DNA from: Macrostomum lignano
Taxonomy: Eukaryota
DNA length: 64,000 nt
NCBI GenBank assembly: GCA_002269645.1
Contig: NIVC01003966.1
Coordinates: 3,351-67,350, forward strand
Direction of reading: 5' to 3'
In this document: positions 62,305 through 64,000 of the stretch, in pieces
Numbering within the stretch: the first letter of the stretch is position 1
How the letters are laid out: the number at the start of each line of letters is the position of its first letter
Translations under genes and position numbers: made by a program
The notes under the pieces: generated by a model
Seen by the model: the letters and a program-made list of their open reading frames with translations, nothing else
What the model was told of the DNA's origin: nothing
The model's database searches: none

Positions 62305-63548
62305 GGTAAGAACTTACAATGATTTCGGCTGTCGTGCATTCCCGCACTTCACTAAAATATCCTAAAAGAAACTACTTGAATTTTGTTTATCTTTAACAAA
62401 AATTGCAGGGCAGCGCCGGTCCATATGCACCTGGGACAACGTCAGCGGAGATTTAATTATCATAAAAATATTTCCTACATATTTTGTCATCTCGACCACG
62501 GCTTTCAGTAAAATCCTAAATATCATTCCTTCAGATTAAAGAGGACTACTATCTGGAAGCTGACAACGCTGCACAGAAGAATCCCAATGAGGACGACTAC
62601 TACGACTATATTGGCATGAATCCGCAAATAGACCCATAGCTCAGCGCACATTGCTGCGCCTTGAGTAATATGAGATGCAAATCAACGACTGGAGTTTGCT
62701 CGGACTGTTTAAACGGAAACACTAACTCGTTTTCAACTTTTTAGTTTCTACTCTAACTCAGGTTTGCAAGCAATATGGTGCCTCAAAACCGAAGTCTTTT
62801 ATCTGCTTATTCGATAGAAAGAAATATTCTGCCATCGCGCTACAGCTTAAAGTTTCCAACCAAGTTAATTGAGCAGCTAGCTAAGTTACTTTAGGTGGAT
62901 TCTAAATAATATTAAAATCATTGAGTCTTCTTTATTCCCTTGCGACCTTGAAAAGTTACCTTCAGCAATCAGCACGATTTTTTTGTCTCAGTGGTCACTT
63001 AATTAATATTGTTGAAATAACCTAAGTAGAAATAAGGGTTGTTGTAATCAAATTTTTGTCGGTTCTGACAGGCTCCTGCTACCCTTTCATAGCAGTTTGT
63101 AACCATTTCATAATAATCGTGATTTCTATTACAAGGACACGCGTTTTGTATTCACTATGCTATCGAATAAGTATTCCTAAGTACATTTTATTTCTGTCTG
63201 GAGTTTCTCGCCAATATGTTTCGATATTCAGACTTTTAATCTTTGTCTCATTCGGCTACGAGAAGTTTTCTTTACTATAAAGATGATTTCAAATGAAATT
63301 TTTATTGAGCCTCTGATGCTTTCTTTCTTTTCAACTTATTCACGAGAAAGTTCAGAAACACTGCTATAGCTAGTATTGTGTAGTATAGAGAACATACAAT
63401 ACGAACTGTTTCTTGTTAATACCGTATATGTCGTGTTTGCGTGTTTTTAAAAAAAGTATTGCTTTTTATTTATTCCGTTATTCGCCTGAGGGCTTTAATT
63501 CAAGTGGAAATACAAATAAACTTTGAAAAATGGTATTAATACTTCTGA

Positions 63549-63950
63549 TCAACATAACAAAGAAGGCGTCTTTTTGGTAATACTAAAAATGTCTTCTGTA
63601 AGGTTTGGCCCATTTGCAGAGCAAGACGTGGCCATGGAGACGAGAAGACAATTTTCCGTGCACTTTTCAAGCTGTAGAATTGTGACAGCGGAGGGTTGGA
63701 GTTGGAGAGTCGGGAAGGAAATGGAGACGAAATTCCTCTCGTCCGCACTGTCCAACACCCCATACTGCATCAAATGCACTCTTCGGGACTCTAAACTCTC
63801 CCTGTCTGTACTCAGTGCCCCCCAAGTACACTAGACAGTACAAGACAGCAGTCATCTACCTCAAATTCTCTGCGGCCTCTGCTTGCTGAGTGACTATAAG
63901 CGCGATCTGTATTGTTTGTTCTCATGGACGCGCAGGGTACAAGGGAGGAG
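63549..63950 (-). CDS. Probable 3' exons of a gene entering from beyond the window
   Basis: Candidate exons ~63950-63852 (LSYSSLVPCASMRTNNTDRAYSHSASRGRREFE, donor GTAGAT) and ~63767-63549 (YGVLDSADERNFVSISFP..SLLC*); no domain recognised. Confidence 0.3.
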
Positions 63951-64000
63951 TAGCTGAGCTAGAAAGAGACAGAACTATGATATACGAGTATACGAGTATA

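Overview
Intron-containing eukaryotic (invertebrate) genomic DNA, so the ORF track's TTG/GTG starts and its long low-complexity ORFs are mostly artefacts. GC-rich exons, minisatellite-filled introns and fibrinogen-domain/CUB genes suggest a free-living flatworm such as Macrostomum (inference, not verified). Genes built by hand from GT-AG sites with consistent phases: MAU2/SCC4 (+, 7 exons), a secreted PAN-like + fibrinogen-C protein (+), an SLC25 mitochondrial carrier (-), a DUF1647-like type II membrane protein (+), FBXO21 (+, 6 exons), a small death-domain-only protein (-), a short single-pass adaptor-like membrane protein (+, absent from the ORF track) and a receptor with 9 CUB domains, a mucin stalk and a TM helix (+). 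Mobile DNA: a near-full-length APE-RT-RNaseH non-LTR retrotransposon, a mariner-type MITE, a CACTA/EnSpm-like element nested in a Harbinger-like element, a hAT element, a MULE-like MITE and a long-TIR MITE. Highlights: (1) the LINE lies between two 1,270-bp direct repeats that differ at one base, and it is also flanked by TGTA on both sides; (2) every intron of MAU2 and FBXO21 carries its own distinct tandem array while the CUB gene introns carry no such array; (3) an innate-immunity-like cluster of death-domain adaptor, Tyr/PxxP membrane adaptor and CUB receptor; (4) at least seven frameshifts, six of them 1-nt indels in short base runs, confined to 45-61 kb, probably assembly errors.
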